Shown: one piece after another, positions 34,223 through 43,664 of the stretch
How the letters are laid out: each line of letters opens with the position of its first letter
Position numbering within the stretch: the first letter of the stretch is position 1
IMG/VR virus record: IMGVR_UViG_2778261394_000010
Source of the DNA: a virus
Lineage: Duplodnaviria; Heunggongvirae; Uroviricota; Caudoviricetes
Strand: one strand, 5' to 3'
DNA: 48,921 bases
Made by a program: the position numbers and the translations under genes
Notes under the pieces: model-generated
The model's database searches: none
Seen by the model: only the letters and a program-made list of their open reading frames with translations
What the model was told of the DNA's origin: nothing

Positions 34223-34606
34223 TTAATTAGAGTTATTAACAACGATATCCATCTCTAACCGGATATCTAATGCCATTAACATCCCTTCAATTATGCCCTC
34301 AGCCTTCTGTAACCTTTTCCCGATATAACCATCAGAGCAGCAATGCTTACCTGCTAGTGACATGAATGTCATACCGACTACATAATAATCTACTAATAAA
34401 TCGTGCAAATCGCTGTTGTTCTTTTTCAGACGGGCCATGCACCCGCAAATGATCATCGCGTCATCGTCACAACATTGCGGGCGAGATTTTACTTTTGAAG
34501 GAATTAATCCCTTAAAACCGGCGGCAATGGACGACCAGGTCACATCTTCATGATTATTAGCCGCCCACGCTCCCCAACGCTCAAGAACCATCTGAATATC
34601 ACGCAT
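34223..34606 (-). CDS. Q: Late antiterminator Q (QuuD/phage-82 type)
   Basis: ATG at 34606 gives [31 protein letters not shown]… with Cys-rich region [12 protein letters not shown]…CCSDGY; QuuD-like. Confidence 0.85.
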   Translation of the reverse strand: MRDIQMVLERWGAWAANNHEDVTWSSIAAGFKGLIPSKVKSRPQCCDDDAMIICGCMARLKKNNSDLHDLLVDYYVVGMTFMSLAGKHCCSDGYIGKRLQKAEGIIEGMLMALDIRLEMDIVVNNSN

Positions 34607-34691
34607 CAACTTACTCCACAAAAATCAGACCAGAACGCCAATTACAAGCAAAAATCAACAAAACAGTATTAGTTGATTGTTATCTCTGACT

Positions 34692-34829
34692 TCATACTCC
34701 TGCTCCTGTCAGGGTTTTGGCGTAATTCTTCAGTATTCGGTAATCGGTCAAAACAGAACCGGGGAAACGATATAAGCGCAGACGCCCCCAGCGGTGGCGA
34801 AGAAGTTCTGCCATATTAAACTCAAACAT
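34692..34829 (-). CDS. ylcG: Small protein YlcG-like (45 aa)
   Basis: Minus-strand translation [45 protein letters not shown]; below the ORF-track cutoff; between rusA and Q. Confidence 0.55.
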   Translation of the reverse strand: MFEFNMAELLRHRWGRLRLYRFPGSVLTDYRILKNYAKTLTGAGV

Positions 34830-35191
34830 CATTCATTCCCCATTTCGGTGATGGTCAGTTCCAGCCTCCCACCTTTGGTAACAGGCATCTTCACAACGCG
34901 GTAATCAACGACCTGAGCATCATCCAGCCAGAAACCTGCTTTAGTGAGTGCGTCAAAAGCGGCTTTTTGCAGATTATCCAGGTCACGGCGACGGCGATCC
35001 GGCATGTGGCACTCAATGCGGATTTTCACAGGCATAGCCAGGCCGATATCCAGCATTGCGTTTTTAATGATTCGGGCGACGTTATCGCGGTATGCCTGCC
35101 CCTCTGCGCTGACGTGCGTGCGCCCGCGATTATGGCGGTAATAGCGATTATTGCTCGGAGGCCAGGGTAATGTGATACTGTAGGTATTCAC
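34829..35191 (-). CDS. rusA: Holliday-junction resolvase RusA
   Basis: 120-aa [42 protein letters not shown]…DDAQVVDY…, RusA family. Confidence 0.9.
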   Translation of the reverse strand: MNTYSITLPWPPSNNRYYRHNRGRTHVSAEGQAYRDNVARIIKNAMLDIGLAMPVKIRIECHMPDRRRRDLDNLQKAAFDALTKAGFWLDDAQVVDYRVVKMPVTKGGRLELTITEMGNE

Positions 35192-35478
35192 GCCTTAATA
35201 ACCCCCTCTTTCAGCCAGATAACCTGTGTTCTCGCCATACCTTCCAGCGCGCATTCTTTTGCATATGCAGCATCGACAAAATGTGTGCGGCGGTCGATTT
35301 CGTCGTGGCAGGCAGAACATGCAATGGTGGCAATCAGGTCTGGCGGTTTGATACCGGTACCGCACAATCCAGCCAGCCGGATATGTGCCAGTACAGACGT
35401 TTCAGAATTGCCATTACATACGCCAGGGATTCTTACCTGGCATTCCCGACCACGCGCTGCTTTTCTCAAATCAGCCAT
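35188..35478 (-). CDS. ybcO: YbcO-like protein (DUF1364, putative nuclease)
   Basis: ATG at 35478 gives [37 protein letters not shown]…; Cys/His-rich. Confidence 0.75.
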   Translation of the reverse strand: MADLRKAARGRECQVRIPGVCNGNSETSVLAHIRLAGLCGTGIKPPDLIATIACSACHDEIDRRTHFVDAAYAKECALEGMARTQVIWLKEGVIKA

Positions 35479-35641
35479 GATTCCTCCTTGCTGCCAGTCG
35501 CAACCATTTTTTATCAACCAGGCTAGCGGTATATCCGAGTAGTGTTGGTATTTCGGATGGCTTCGGCTCAGGCTTACGCTTACGACGATTTGATACTCTG
35601 TAGATGTGTCCGTTCATGACACGAATAAGCGGTGTAGCCAT
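35471..35641 (-). CDS. ninE: NinE-like small protein (56 aa)
   Basis: Minus-strand translation [56 protein letters not shown]; overlaps the ybcO start (ATGGCTGA); below the ORF-track cutoff. Confidence 0.65.
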   Translation of the reverse strand: MATPLIRVMNGHIYRVSNRRKRKPEPKPSEIPTLLGYTASLVDKKWLRLAARRNHG

Positions 35642-36096
35642 TACGCCTCCTGCTTGTCACGGAGCTGCTGGAACTCGCAGCTCTGCGGAATAGTCAGATG
35701 GCAACCAATATTCATCGCCCAGGCTTCAACCTTACACAGGAAGACATACATCTCTCCGGTATCAAGATCGGAGGTATGGCGTAACGACTGGATAGTGGTG
35801 ATATCACCGGTTACGACATCAACCAGGTCTTTGGTTTCATAACCGAGATATGTGTGTTTGAGAGCATCTTTTACCCAAGCTGGAGTGGCGAACGTTTTAC
35901 CCCTGCTGATGAGGTATTCACTGATTTCGCTGTACCACATGTGGCTGAGTGCATTCTGGGAAAGACTGCGTCTCTCGCGCCACGGTTTAAGCACCATGCG
36001 AAAGCATTTGCCTTCCTCCAGATAAGGCTGGATCTGCTGGCCGATAGCGGTGAAGTTGCCGCGATGTAATTTGATGCCGTCTTGTGGGAGGTTCAC
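35641..36096 (-). CDS. ybcN: NinB/Orf-family recombination mediator (YbcN-like)
   Basis: 151-aa ORF; [12 protein letters not shown] segment parallels lambda NinB RSLDQNRKLWACL; standard nin-region position. Confidence 0.75.
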   Translation of the reverse strand: MNLPQDGIKLHRGNFTAIGQQIQPYLEEGKCFRMVLKPWRERRSLSQNALSHMWYSEISEYLISRGKTFATPAWVKDALKHTYLGYETKDLVDVVTGDITTIQSLRHTSDLDTGEMYVFLCKVEAWAMNIGCHLTIPQSCEFQQLRDKQEA

Positions 36097-36285
36097 GCTT
36101 CACCTCCGCAGAGGTCAAACGCTGGATGCAAAAAATCGCAGGTGCATTTCTGCATCTGTGACAGCAAAAGAGAGTTTAGATTGTATGTGCGCATAAACGT
36201 CCCCGTTTAGCGCAGAAGTCACCGATGTTGTTCAGGCTCCGGTGACATTATTATTGCTGGTTGATTATGGAAAATCAAAGGTAGA

Positions 36286-36768
36286 TTAATTTAATAATCC
36301 TTGGAGAAATCTCACGCACCACCTCAATAGTTGCGCTTGCTCTTGAGAATCAACAAAAAGATAAGCGTCTTTATTTCCGTGGAAAAGGTTATTTCTTATC
36401 CTTATAACTATCTTTAATACTGTAGACATGGTGTTTAGATCTGTTGCTGCGTCATTTTGAAGTCCATTAACTATTCCCCGCCTATCTCTCTCTCGACCGA
36501 CACAGAGGGCGTCAAGTCTTTCCTGCGCATCCCCGTTCAAAATGTATCTCTGCTTAAAATCGTGAAAAAGTTCGTTGGGCACCTTTATCCCGGCGTCAAG
36601 TAACGTTCGCGCATAATTTAAACTGTCTTCCCCCTAAGCAAAGCCACCAAAAAAACTTTGCTCGACCCTAGGAAAAATCATGCAGAATTGAAGATAAACA
36701 TCAATCAGTTCATCAGATGGAGGCTCCGATAAATTAAGTAACCGCTGCAGTCCTTCTGCACTTATCAT
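36286..36768 (-). pseudogene. Nin-region gene of unknown function interrupted by an in-frame amber codon (TAG at 36634..36636)
   Basis: ATG at 36768 with SD GGAAGGTG opens a frame of about 160 codons ([44 protein letters not shown]-stop-GEDSLNYARTLL…QGLLN) broken once by TAG; the listed 98-aa ORF is only its downstream part. Confidence 0.5.
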
Positions 36769-37024
36769 TTTTCACCTTCCTGCTTAAGATGTCGAGGAGC
36801 GGATGCCTTGGGCAGCGCGATGCTCTGCTCGCGGTAATGTCGTGGCCGCTCCAAAAAATAGTCCCGCAAATGCTCAGGCTGCTCACGCATCACCGCTTCG
36901 GCAATAACCGGTATATTAAGGCGCTCTTTGTAGGTAACTCAGGAGACAGCAAGGTCAACGTTAACCTTCTCGCGCTCTTCTTGTGTTTTAGCGGCAATAT
37001 TCCGCTTCGACATGGCGTTACGTT

Positions 37025-37777
37025 TTACTCCTTTTTGGGTGCATACACGTTGTTTATCCGTTCAATATGAATAGTTACATCCGGGCTTTCTAAGAATAAG
37101 AAGTCAATCAAATGACCAATGAGAATGCAGGCATCATTAATAGAGGACCTTGTGACTTTAATCCCTCCATGACTGCCGTGATTCCCCAACCACTTTAACG
37201 CCATGAATGCATCTTTATTTGATCCCAGTTTATCTGAATAATTTGTGATTCTTTCATGCGTAGAAAGACGTATTATCTTGCCTTTAACTGTTTTCTCTCT
37301 TGGTACATCAAGACTATCAAGCATCATCTCCAGTATGGTTCTCATGGTGTTCACCGCTGAAGCTGGGTGCGAGGGGATCAGAGCTGATACTTCCGCCAAG
37401 AGATCAGCTATATCTTCAGGGCACTTTTCAGGAAACAGGAATAGAGGAAGTGGTGGATAGAAATACTTAGGACGGAAACCAGAAACATACCAACGCTCCG
37501 TCATTTCGTCATTGAAGCATTCTACAGCAACAACCTGCCCAGACAAAGCAACATTCTCCTGACAGGCTTGGCGGGTACAGCGCAGCACGCAACTGAATAC
37601 TCCTCCCGACATTTCCTCATCAAACCATACTTCATCTCTAAACTGAGTTGTTGCGCTTGAATCAGTTTCTACAAAACTATCAGCGACAATCTCCAGTGTT
37701 TCATTCATACAGTTCGGGCAGCGCCAAGCTGGTGCGTCATTTCGTTTAAACGTGGCATACAGTAATTTAGGATCCAT
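37025..37777 (-). CDS. Hypothetical protein (250 aa), possible DUF4145-like moron in the ren/nin hotspot
   Basis: N-terminal Cys pairs (CPNC…C…C) and a C-terminal WLGNHGSHGG segment; GC composition differs from flanks; family assignment is from memory only. Confidence 0.45.
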   Translation of the reverse strand: MDPKLLYATFKRNDAPAWRCPNCMNETLEIVADSFVETDSSATTQFRDEVWFDEEMSGGVFSCVLRCTRQACQENVALSGQVVAVECFNDEMTERWYVSGFRPKYFYPPLPLFLFPEKCPEDIADLLAEVSALIPSHPASAVNTMRTILEMMLDSLDVPREKTVKGKIIRLSTHERITNYSDKLGSNKDAFMALKWLGNHGSHGGIKVTRSSINDACILIGHLIDFLFLESPDVTIHIERINNVYAPKKE

Positions 37778-38065
37778 GTTTTTTTCTCCGTGCTTAACGT
37801 TTTTGGTTGCGTTAACACTCTATAGGATTTTGCAGCCTTTACTAGTTCATACCCAACCGGTCTTAGTAGGCATATTGAATTACAATCAGCTAATTAAGTT
37901 CCTCTACATCGAGGGTATAGTCGCATCAGCAACACGGAACTCGCGCTCAAATTCTGCAAGATCCTGCTCAAGTGCAACGTAGTCTTCGCAACACAACCAT
38001 GACGCCCTCAGCACTCTCTACCACATCGCAATGGCACGAATACCCACACACTCATAACGTTTCGC

Positions 38066-38359
38066 TTATACCCCTACCCCCCCCAAAAACATCAATACCC
38101 GTTTCATCACGGCACTCTGGCGACACTCCTTGAAAATCAGGTTCGTGCTCACCTTTCCTTCCCGCTCCTCCCTGGTAGCGAACCGGTAATACACCTTTCG
38201 CCAGACCTTGCCATCAACGACCAGGATTCCTGCCCGTGCCATTTTGGCTGCTGCCTGATTGATGCTGGTTACAGTCACGCCTGTTGCCGCAGCTACATCC
38301 GGCGCGCAGAAAGTCCGGTGCGTTTTCAGGTAGTGAAGAATTGCCTCTTTGCCTGTCAT
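38066..38359 (-). CDS. ren: Ren exclusion protein
   Basis: 97-aa ORF MTGKEAILHYLKTHRTFCAPDVAAATGVTVTSINQAAAKMARAG… matches lambda Ren; overlaps the P stop. Confidence 0.85.
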   Translation of the reverse strand: MTGKEAILHYLKTHRTFCAPDVAAATGVTVTSINQAAAKMARAGILVVDGKVWRKVYYRFATREEREGKVSTNLIFKECRQSAVMKRVLMFLGGVGV

Positions 38360-39057
38360 ACACTGGCTCCTTTCAGTCCGAACTTAGCTTTGATTTCTGC
38401 GATCTTCGCCAGAGCCTGAGCCCGGTTAAGTGGTCTACCGCCCATGACAGGAAGTTGTTTTACTGGTTCAGGTATAGCCTCACCACGGTTAATTCGTGCG
38501 GTCATACAGGACAGTTCATCGGCAGCCTTGCGCCGTAATTCCGCGTCAGTCAACGCATTGGCCCGCATGTTCTGATACAGGTTGGTAACCAGCCAGTAGT
38601 GCGCGTTTGATTTCCACGGATAAGACTCTGCATCCGGATACAGCCCGCGCTTCCGGCAATACTCGTAAACCATATCAACCAGCTCGCTGGCGTCTGGCAG
38701 CCCGGCGGTAACGGATGCTTCTTCCCGGCACCAGGCGACAAACTGCCCGGGTGATGGCAGGAATGGTCGATTCTGCCGACGGGCTACGCGCATTCCAGCG
38801 TTAACCTGTTCCATTGTGGTGATCCCGTTTTCCCGGAAAGCCAGAACCCACTGGCGGCGAATTTCGTTCAGTTCGTTCTGGTCACGGTTAGCCAGGCTCG
38901 CAGGGAAAGTTGCCAGCAACTGGCTGAATACACCGTTGATGATCTGCGCTACCTGCTGTACCTGCGGCTTTTCGTCGTACTGTTCCGGCATGTTGTTGGC
39001 GATCCGACGCATCTGCTCACGGTCAAAGTTAATCATCTGTGCGGCGATGTTTTTCAT
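38356..39057 (-). CDS. P: Replication protein P (DnaB helicase loader)
   Basis: 233-aa ORF MKNIAAQMINFDREQMRRIANNMPEQYDEKPQVQQVAQ…, lambda gpP. Confidence 0.95.
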   Translation of the reverse strand: MKNIAAQMINFDREQMRRIANNMPEQYDEKPQVQQVAQIINGVFSQLLATFPASLANRDQNELNEIRRQWVLAFRENGITTMEQVNAGMRVARRQNRPFLPSPGQFVAWCREEASVTAGLPDASELVDMVYEYCRKRGLYPDAESYPWKSNAHYWLVTNLYQNMRANALTDAELRRKAADELSCMTARINRGEAIPEPVKQLPVMGGRPLNRAQALAKIAEIKAKFGLKGASV

Positions 39058-39983
39058 AGATCCACCCCGTAAATCCAGTCTGTGTTTGTCAGGTCGAGTT
39101 TTGATTTTCCGGCTGTCACGCCAGCCTGTTGTTTGTTACGGTTGATTTCGAGTTGGGTCCACTTGTCGCGAAGTTTGGCCGGGCTCAGCACGTTACCAGA
39201 CCAAAAGTTGTCCTGGCATGCCCAGCGGAACAGCACGCACATGTCGCGGTGGTTACGTCCGTCACGTTCACGCATCAGGCGGATATCGTTAGCCCATCCT
39301 GCAAAATTCGGTTTTCTGGCTGATGGCGCGATGGTCTTCACCATGTCAAACATCCACTCTGCGGCGGTCAGGTCTTCTGCTGTCCCCCACTTGCTGCCGC
39401 TCTGAATTGCAGCATCTGGTTTCACCACAGGAAGATCGTTTTCTGATTGGTCAGAGGATTCGCCAGAATTCTCGGACGAAAAAGGTTTTATATTGTCTTT
39501 TGTTAGTTTGTCTTTTGTGTTTACCTGATTCGGGTAAACGCCTTTACCTGATTTGGGTAAACTTTTCTTACCTGATTCAGGTAAATTTACCTCTTTCAGG
39601 TAAACTTTATTTTTCTTACCTGATTCGGGTAATGTTGACCATTCACTGACCACATTATTAATGCCGATATTCCGCCCGCTCTGAATAAAAATCCCACGCT
39701 TTACCAGAATACTTTTTGCAGCAGAACACTTGTGCGGCAATATCCCGGTTAATTCGGAAAGTTGCTCGTTGCTAACCCAATCCTGTTTTTTATTAAAGCC
39801 ATATGTTTTGCGCATGACAGCCAGAAAGACCAGAAGCTGGTGCTGTGTTAATCCGGCCAGCATCACAGCTTCCAGCAACTCATTTGCAATGCGCGTATAA
39901 CCATCATCGAGATCTGCCACGCGCCGCTCCTTTTGTGCCTCATCCGGCACTGGAAAATTGAATATCTCAGCAGTGTTTGCCAT
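39054..39983 (-). CDS. O: Replication initiator O (lambda O family; central region diverged, contains the ori)
   Basis: ATG at 39983 with SD GGAGG gives MANTAEIFNFPVPDEAQKERRVADLDDGY…; conserved O N-terminal and P-interacting C-terminal parts; iterons inside the gene. Confidence 0.85.
   Translation of the reverse strand: MANTAEIFNFPVPDEAQKERRVADLDDGYTRIANELLEAVMLAGLTQHQLLVFLAVMRKTYGFNKKQDWVSNEQLSELTGILPHKCSAAKSILVKRGIFIQSGRNIGINNVVSEWSTLPESGKKNKVYLKEVNLPESGKKSLPKSGKGVYPNQVNTKDKLTKDNIKPFSSENSGESSDQSENDLPVVKPDAAIQSGSKWGTAEDLTAAEWMFDMVKTIAPSARKPNFAGWANDIRLMRERDGRNHRDMCVLFRWACQDNFWSGNVLSPAKLRDKWTQLEINRNKQQAGVTAGKSKLDLTNTDWIYGVDL
39521..39633. repeat. Helper replication origin: four to five ~19-bp iterons within O
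   Basis: ttacctgattcgggtaaac, ttacctgatttgggtaaac, ttacctgattcaggtaaat, tacctctttcaggtaaac and ttacctgattcgggtaat, adjacent to an AT-rich stretch, as at ori-lambda. Confidence 0.75.
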
Positions 39984-40069
39984 AATTCCTCCCGCAATGA
40001 GTGTGTTACGATTTGCACCTGAAAGTCGGTTCTGTTCGCGCAGACCGGCTTTCGCCATTTCCGAACCTG

Positions 40070-40615
40070 TCATATTGCCCCCAGCATGGTGGTGACCATC
40101 GCCATCAGTGGACCAGCCAGATCCGGGTCCACACGAAACATCGACACAATGCCTTCACTCATCTCCTTCAGTTTCTGGTGGCGTGGTGCGTTGAGAATGA
40201 CAGCCTGTTTTGCCTCACTGAGTTCCTTTTCCATTTCAGCCAGCCGAGCCATGTAGCTATCCTGCTCAACCAGGTGGCCGCGATATTCCAGCGGTAGTAC
40301 CGCCAGAATTGCCGGGGTCAGTTCACGCACGTTATTTCGGTATTTTTCAGAATCGAATTTGTTATCGAGGAAGCGGAACAGCTTCTGGCGTGCACGACTG
40401 ACATCATCAGGGAAATCGATGGTGCCGCCGCCCTGCTCCCGATACTCATTCACAATGAGTGCGGCAACAACATCCTGATTATCTGCAGCCGACCAGGCGC
40501 GAACGGCATCACGGATTTTTTCGTGGCCTGGCGCCTGTTTTGTTTGAGAACGATTTATCACCGCAGTCGGGCTAAATCCGCTAGTCTGTTGGTATGTAAG
40601 TGGTTGCATAGTCAT
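40070..40615 (-). CDS. Hypothetical protein in the cII position (YdaT-like)
   Basis: 181-aa ORF directly downstream of the cro-like gene and upstream of O; family assignment is from memory only. Confidence 0.45.
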   Translation of the reverse strand: MTMQPLTYQQTSGFSPTAVINRSQTKQAPGHEKIRDAVRAWSAADNQDVVAALIVNEYREQGGGTIDFPDDVSRARQKLFRFLDNKFDSEKYRNNVRELTPAILAVLPLEYRGHLVEQDSYMARLAEMEKELSEAKQAVILNAPRHQKLKEMSEGIVSMFRVDPDLAGPLMAMVTTMLGAI

Positions 40616-40639
40616 TGCCTTATCAGTTAACGCCGCAGT

Positions 40640-40873
40640 TTAGGCGGCAGAATTACTCGCGTTAAACAATGGTGCGAGGTCGGGACGAATATCTGCTGGT
40701 TTAATCTTTCCACCAGTGGCTGAGACAATTTTCATTACATAGCGGGCATCAATTCCGCCACCGTGTAGCCAACGCCAAACTGTGGGTTGGGCTACACCGC
40801 ATAGATCTGCCAGTCGTTTTTGACTACCTGTAATACTGATTGCGAGTTGAATGGTTTGATTTGTCATTATCAA
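40640..40873 (-). CDS. cro: Cro-like HTH repressor (YdaS family)
   Basis: 77 aa; LADLCGVAQPTVWRWLHGGG HTH; divergent from the cI-like gene across an operator region. Confidence 0.7.
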   Translation of the reverse strand: MIMTNQTIQLAISITGSQKRLADLCGVAQPTVWRWLHGGGIDARYVMKIVSATGGKIKPADIRPDLAPLFNASNSAA

Positions 40874-40977
40874 TTCCTATTGGTATTGCAATGAATGAAT
40901 AATAGCAATGCGTATTAACCCAAGCAATAGCAAAACGTGTTTTGACCATCAATACGCAAGCGTATAAATTAAAACTT
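40874..40977. promoter_or_regulatory. OR-like operator / divergent promoter region between cro and cI
   Basis: Repeated operator-like elements sharing a TAGCAAT / CAATACG core (attgcaatg, atagcaatgcgtat, caatagcaaaacg, caatacgcaagcg); the same motif family recurs at OL (43540..43600). Confidence 0.5.
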
Positions 40978-41670
40978 ATGAAAAAAGAAACTCTTGCTGA
41001 TCGCTTAAACCTAGCGATGGAACAATCTGGAATGTCTCAAGGCGCTCTTGCAAAGGCGTCTGGCGTAGCTCAACCCACAATCTGGAGACTGACAAGCGGC
41101 AACGCGCGCGGCTCAACAAAAATTGTTGAAATAGCTAATGCATTGGGTGTTCGAACAGAATGGCTCTCATCAGGCATAGGCCCGATGAGAAATGACGGTC
41201 AACAATCAGGGAAGCCTGCTGTCAGCCATTCCAAATACTTCAAAATTGACGTTCTTGATATAGAAGTCAGTGCCGGGCCGGGTGTAATCAACCGTGAGTT
41301 TGTAGAAGTTCTACGCTCGGTTGAGTACTCGTTTGACGATGCTCGTCACATGTTCGATGGCAGGAAGGCAGAAAATATCCGCATCATTAACGTGCGTGGT
41401 GACAGCATGTCAGGAACGATCGAACCAGGTGATCTGCTGTTCGTTGATATCACGGTTAAATCTTTCGACGGTGATGGTATCTATGCGTTTCTGTACGACG
41501 ACACAGCCCATGTAAAGCGTCTGCAAATGATGAAGGATAAGCTGCTGGTTATCTCTGATAACAAGAGCTACTCACCGTGGGACCCGATCGAGAAAGACGA
41601 GATGAACCGGGTGTTCATCTTCGGTAAGGTTATTGGGAGCATGCCGCAGACGTATAGGAAGCATGGGTAG
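40978..41670 (+). CDS. cI: CI-like repressor (HTH plus S24 LexA-type peptidase domain)
   Basis: N-terminal HTH (LADRLNLAMEQSGMSQGALAKASGVAQPTIWRL) and C-terminal S24 motifs (GDSMSGTIEPGDLLFVD…VKRL); start 40978 preferred over 40942, which overlaps operator repeats. Confidence 0.8.
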   Translation: MKKETLADRLNLAMEQSGMSQGALAKASGVAQPTIWRLTSGNARGSTKIVEIANALGVRTEWLSSGIGPMRNDGQQSGKPAVSHSKYFKIDVLDIEVSAGPGVINREFVEVLRSVEYSFDDARHMFDGRKAENIRIINVRGDSMSGTIEPGDLLFVDITVKSFDGDGIYAFLYDDTAHVKRLQMMKDKLLVISDNKSYSPWDPIEKDEMNRVFIFGKVIGSMPQTYRKHG

Positions 41671-41716
41671 CGGATTAGCTAATCATTATGATGTTGTTCA
41701 AATTTAAGAGGTCCGC

Positions 41717-42565
41717 ATGTCTTCGATTTGGGGAAAAAAGTTGATGACGAAAGAACAAGAGCCAAACACTGATGAAGTGAAACCAGAGCAAGGAAGTTTG
41801 TTTGAATTAGAATTTCATGAATATACACCTTCAAGCTTAGGCACTGCACACCTTTCTGGTTTCGCTATTGCCACTGATGAAATGGAATATGCAGTTAAAA
41901 GCATGCGTTCCACCCCACCTTTTCCTGTACAAAACCCAACTCAAGTACCGGCAGCGGAATGGTTTTGCACAAATTTAGCTGAAAAATGCGGCATCGCTAC
42001 ACCTGTGTGCAAAATTCTCAAGTGTATTGCTAATGGGGAGTATGTTTTTGGCTCTCGCATAGAGTTTTCAGCCTGGAAATCTGGTCTCAATAGTCCTCAA
42101 TGGATAAATTTGCTCTCAAATGCTTCTGAATCCTTAAAGAAGCAACTCTGGGCAATTTATGCATTTGATCAGTTTGTATATAACATTGACAGACACCTCA
42201 ACAACTACTTATACATGGAAAACACCCGAGGCAATGTTATAGTTAAAACATTCGATTTTAGTCTAAGCTCTTTTGTTATAGGCTGGCCACGAAATACCCC
42301 TCATATACTACCAACAGACTCCAGTACAACAACAAACTGGACGATTGCTAAACAATTCATTGGCGACACTGATGATCTGAGAAAGTGCGCATTATCTGTC
42401 CTTGACAAAATTGAAAAAATTGGAGTTGAGACTATATCTGATATACTTAACTCTATGCCTGAAGCATGGATGCCACCAATGCATAAGGAGTATTTTTTGA
42501 AGTGGTGGGACAGCGAGGAGCGAATCGATAGGCTAAATGCCATAAGACTGGAGATAACATCTTGA
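41717..42565 (+). CDS. Kinase-fold protein (HipA/CtkA- or PI3/4-kinase-like catalytic loop), first gene of an immunity-region module
   Basis: 282 aa; catalytic-loop-like YNIDRHLNNYLY (D-R-H-x-N-N) followed by FDFSLSSF; co-transcribed with cI at the lambda rexA position. Confidence 0.5.
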   Translation: MSSIWGKKLMTKEQEPNTDEVKPEQGSLFELEFHEYTPSSLGTAHLSGFAIATDEMEYAVKSMRSTPPFPVQNPTQVPAAEWFCTNLAEKCGIATPVCKILKCIANGEYVFGSRIEFSAWKSGLNSPQWINLLSNASESLKKQLWAIYAFDQFVYNIDRHLNNYLYMENTRGNVIVKTFDFSLSSFVIGWPRNTPHILPTDSSTTTNWTIAKQFIGDTDDLRKCALSVLDKIEKIGVETISDILNSMPEAWMPPMHKEYFLKWWDSEERIDRLNAIRLEITS

Positions 42566-43368
42566 AAACTTTCAAATACAGCTTAATCAGAGTTACACCG
42601 AACTTAGAGAAAGGTGAAACGATTAACGTTGGTTTGATCGTTTACCATGACTCTGACATAGACGTACGTATGCTCAATTCAGTTTCAAAACTTAAAGCGA
42701 TTGACAAAGATCTTACCTTAGATTACTTAGAGGATCTTTCAACCTCGCTTTTTGATTTGTCACAAAAAATCAACAATGCTGAACTTCTTCCTTGTCTTTT
42801 TAAGGGAGCATTATCGTTATCGTCATTTGGCATGTTCACTCTTCAAGCCAACGAAGATTACGAAGCTAAAGTTACTGATCTAATGAATCGGTTAGTAAAC
42901 CCACAAAAACAACCACATAAGCAGTTGAAAAAAAAGGTTTTTTCTGAATTAAAATCCACCTTTATACAACATGGAATTTTCAGTAAGTATTTTGAAGATC
43001 TTTCCCAACATAAAATCGTAGCTAATTATCCAATTAGTAATGAAGAAGGGTTAGTTGCAGATTTTTTGTTAAAAAATGGCAAATACCATCTTACAGAAAC
43101 ATTAGATTTTCGTTCTGAAAATATAAAAAAACAAATGGGTGAAGCTGCGATAAGTGTTTTAACAATTACTAAAGCCTACGAATTATACAATTCAAATATT
43201 GATTCATTTGTAATTTTTGCCGCTGAAACGACAGCACAAGAAAAGTCAGCAAAACAGCAGCTAAATCTACTGGAAAAACACGCTGATAATCTTATCAACG
43301 CATATAGCAAAGAAGACATGCGTTCATATTACGAAAAGATGCTGAATGCTGCCTCTATGTTACAGTAG
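42562..43368 (+). CDS. Hypothetical partner protein, translationally coupled to the kinase-fold gene
   Basis: 268 aa; TTG start overlapping the upstream stop (cTTGA); N-terminus YSLIRVTPNLEKGETINVGLIVY may resemble DUF3037-type proteins (from memory, unverified); AT-rich. Confidence 0.4.
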   Translation: MKTFKYSLIRVTPNLEKGETINVGLIVYHDSDIDVRMLNSVSKLKAIDKDLTLDYLEDLSTSLFDLSQKINNAELLPCLFKGALSLSSFGMFTLQANEDYEAKVTDLMNRLVNPQKQPHKQLKKKVFSELKSTFIQHGIFSKYFEDLSQHKIVANYPISNEEGLVADFLLKNGKYHLTETLDFRSENIKKQMGEAAISVLTITKAYELYNSNIDSFVIFAAETTAQEKSAKQQLNLLEKHADNLINAYSKEDMRSYYEKMLNAASMLQ

Positions 43369-43394
43369 AAAAAACTGACTAATTTAATTAATAA

Positions 43395-43421
43395 CCCGGC
43401 CACCGTGCCGGGTTTTCTTTT
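43395..43421 (+). terminator. Rho-independent terminator ending the cI operon
   Basis: Hairpin cccggc-caccgt-gccggg followed by ttttctttt. Confidence 0.65.
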
Positions 43422-43539
43422 GTCCCCTCCCCTCATCACACACCGCTCAAAAAACCACCACACCACTGCTTCAGTTATCGCTATGCGATGCAAGTCACAA
43501 AATTAATTCTTTTTGCTATCAAACATTTAATATCAAAAC

Positions 43540-43600
43540 ACATCAACCAATAGCAATAAGTATTGATATCACCAATAGCAATAGCTATTATCACCATATC
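43540..43600 (+). promoter_or_regulatory. pL-like promoter with OL operators
   Basis: -35 TTGATA (43564..43569), 17-bp spacer, -10 TATTAT (43587..43592), embedded in repeated caatagcaat operator-like motifs shared with the OR region. Confidence 0.55.
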
Positions 43601-43664
43601 GCAACAACACAACGATACGGCAACCACCTGATTCACCGTTGCGATGACCGCTTAGATCCGCAGC

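Noticed and set aside
40942-40977. Upstream ATG (40942) as the cI start
   Set aside because: It would leave only 68 bp for two divergent promoters and the operators, and the extra 12 codons overlap operator-like repeats; the ATG at 40978 gives a lambda-like spacing. Kept as an alternative.
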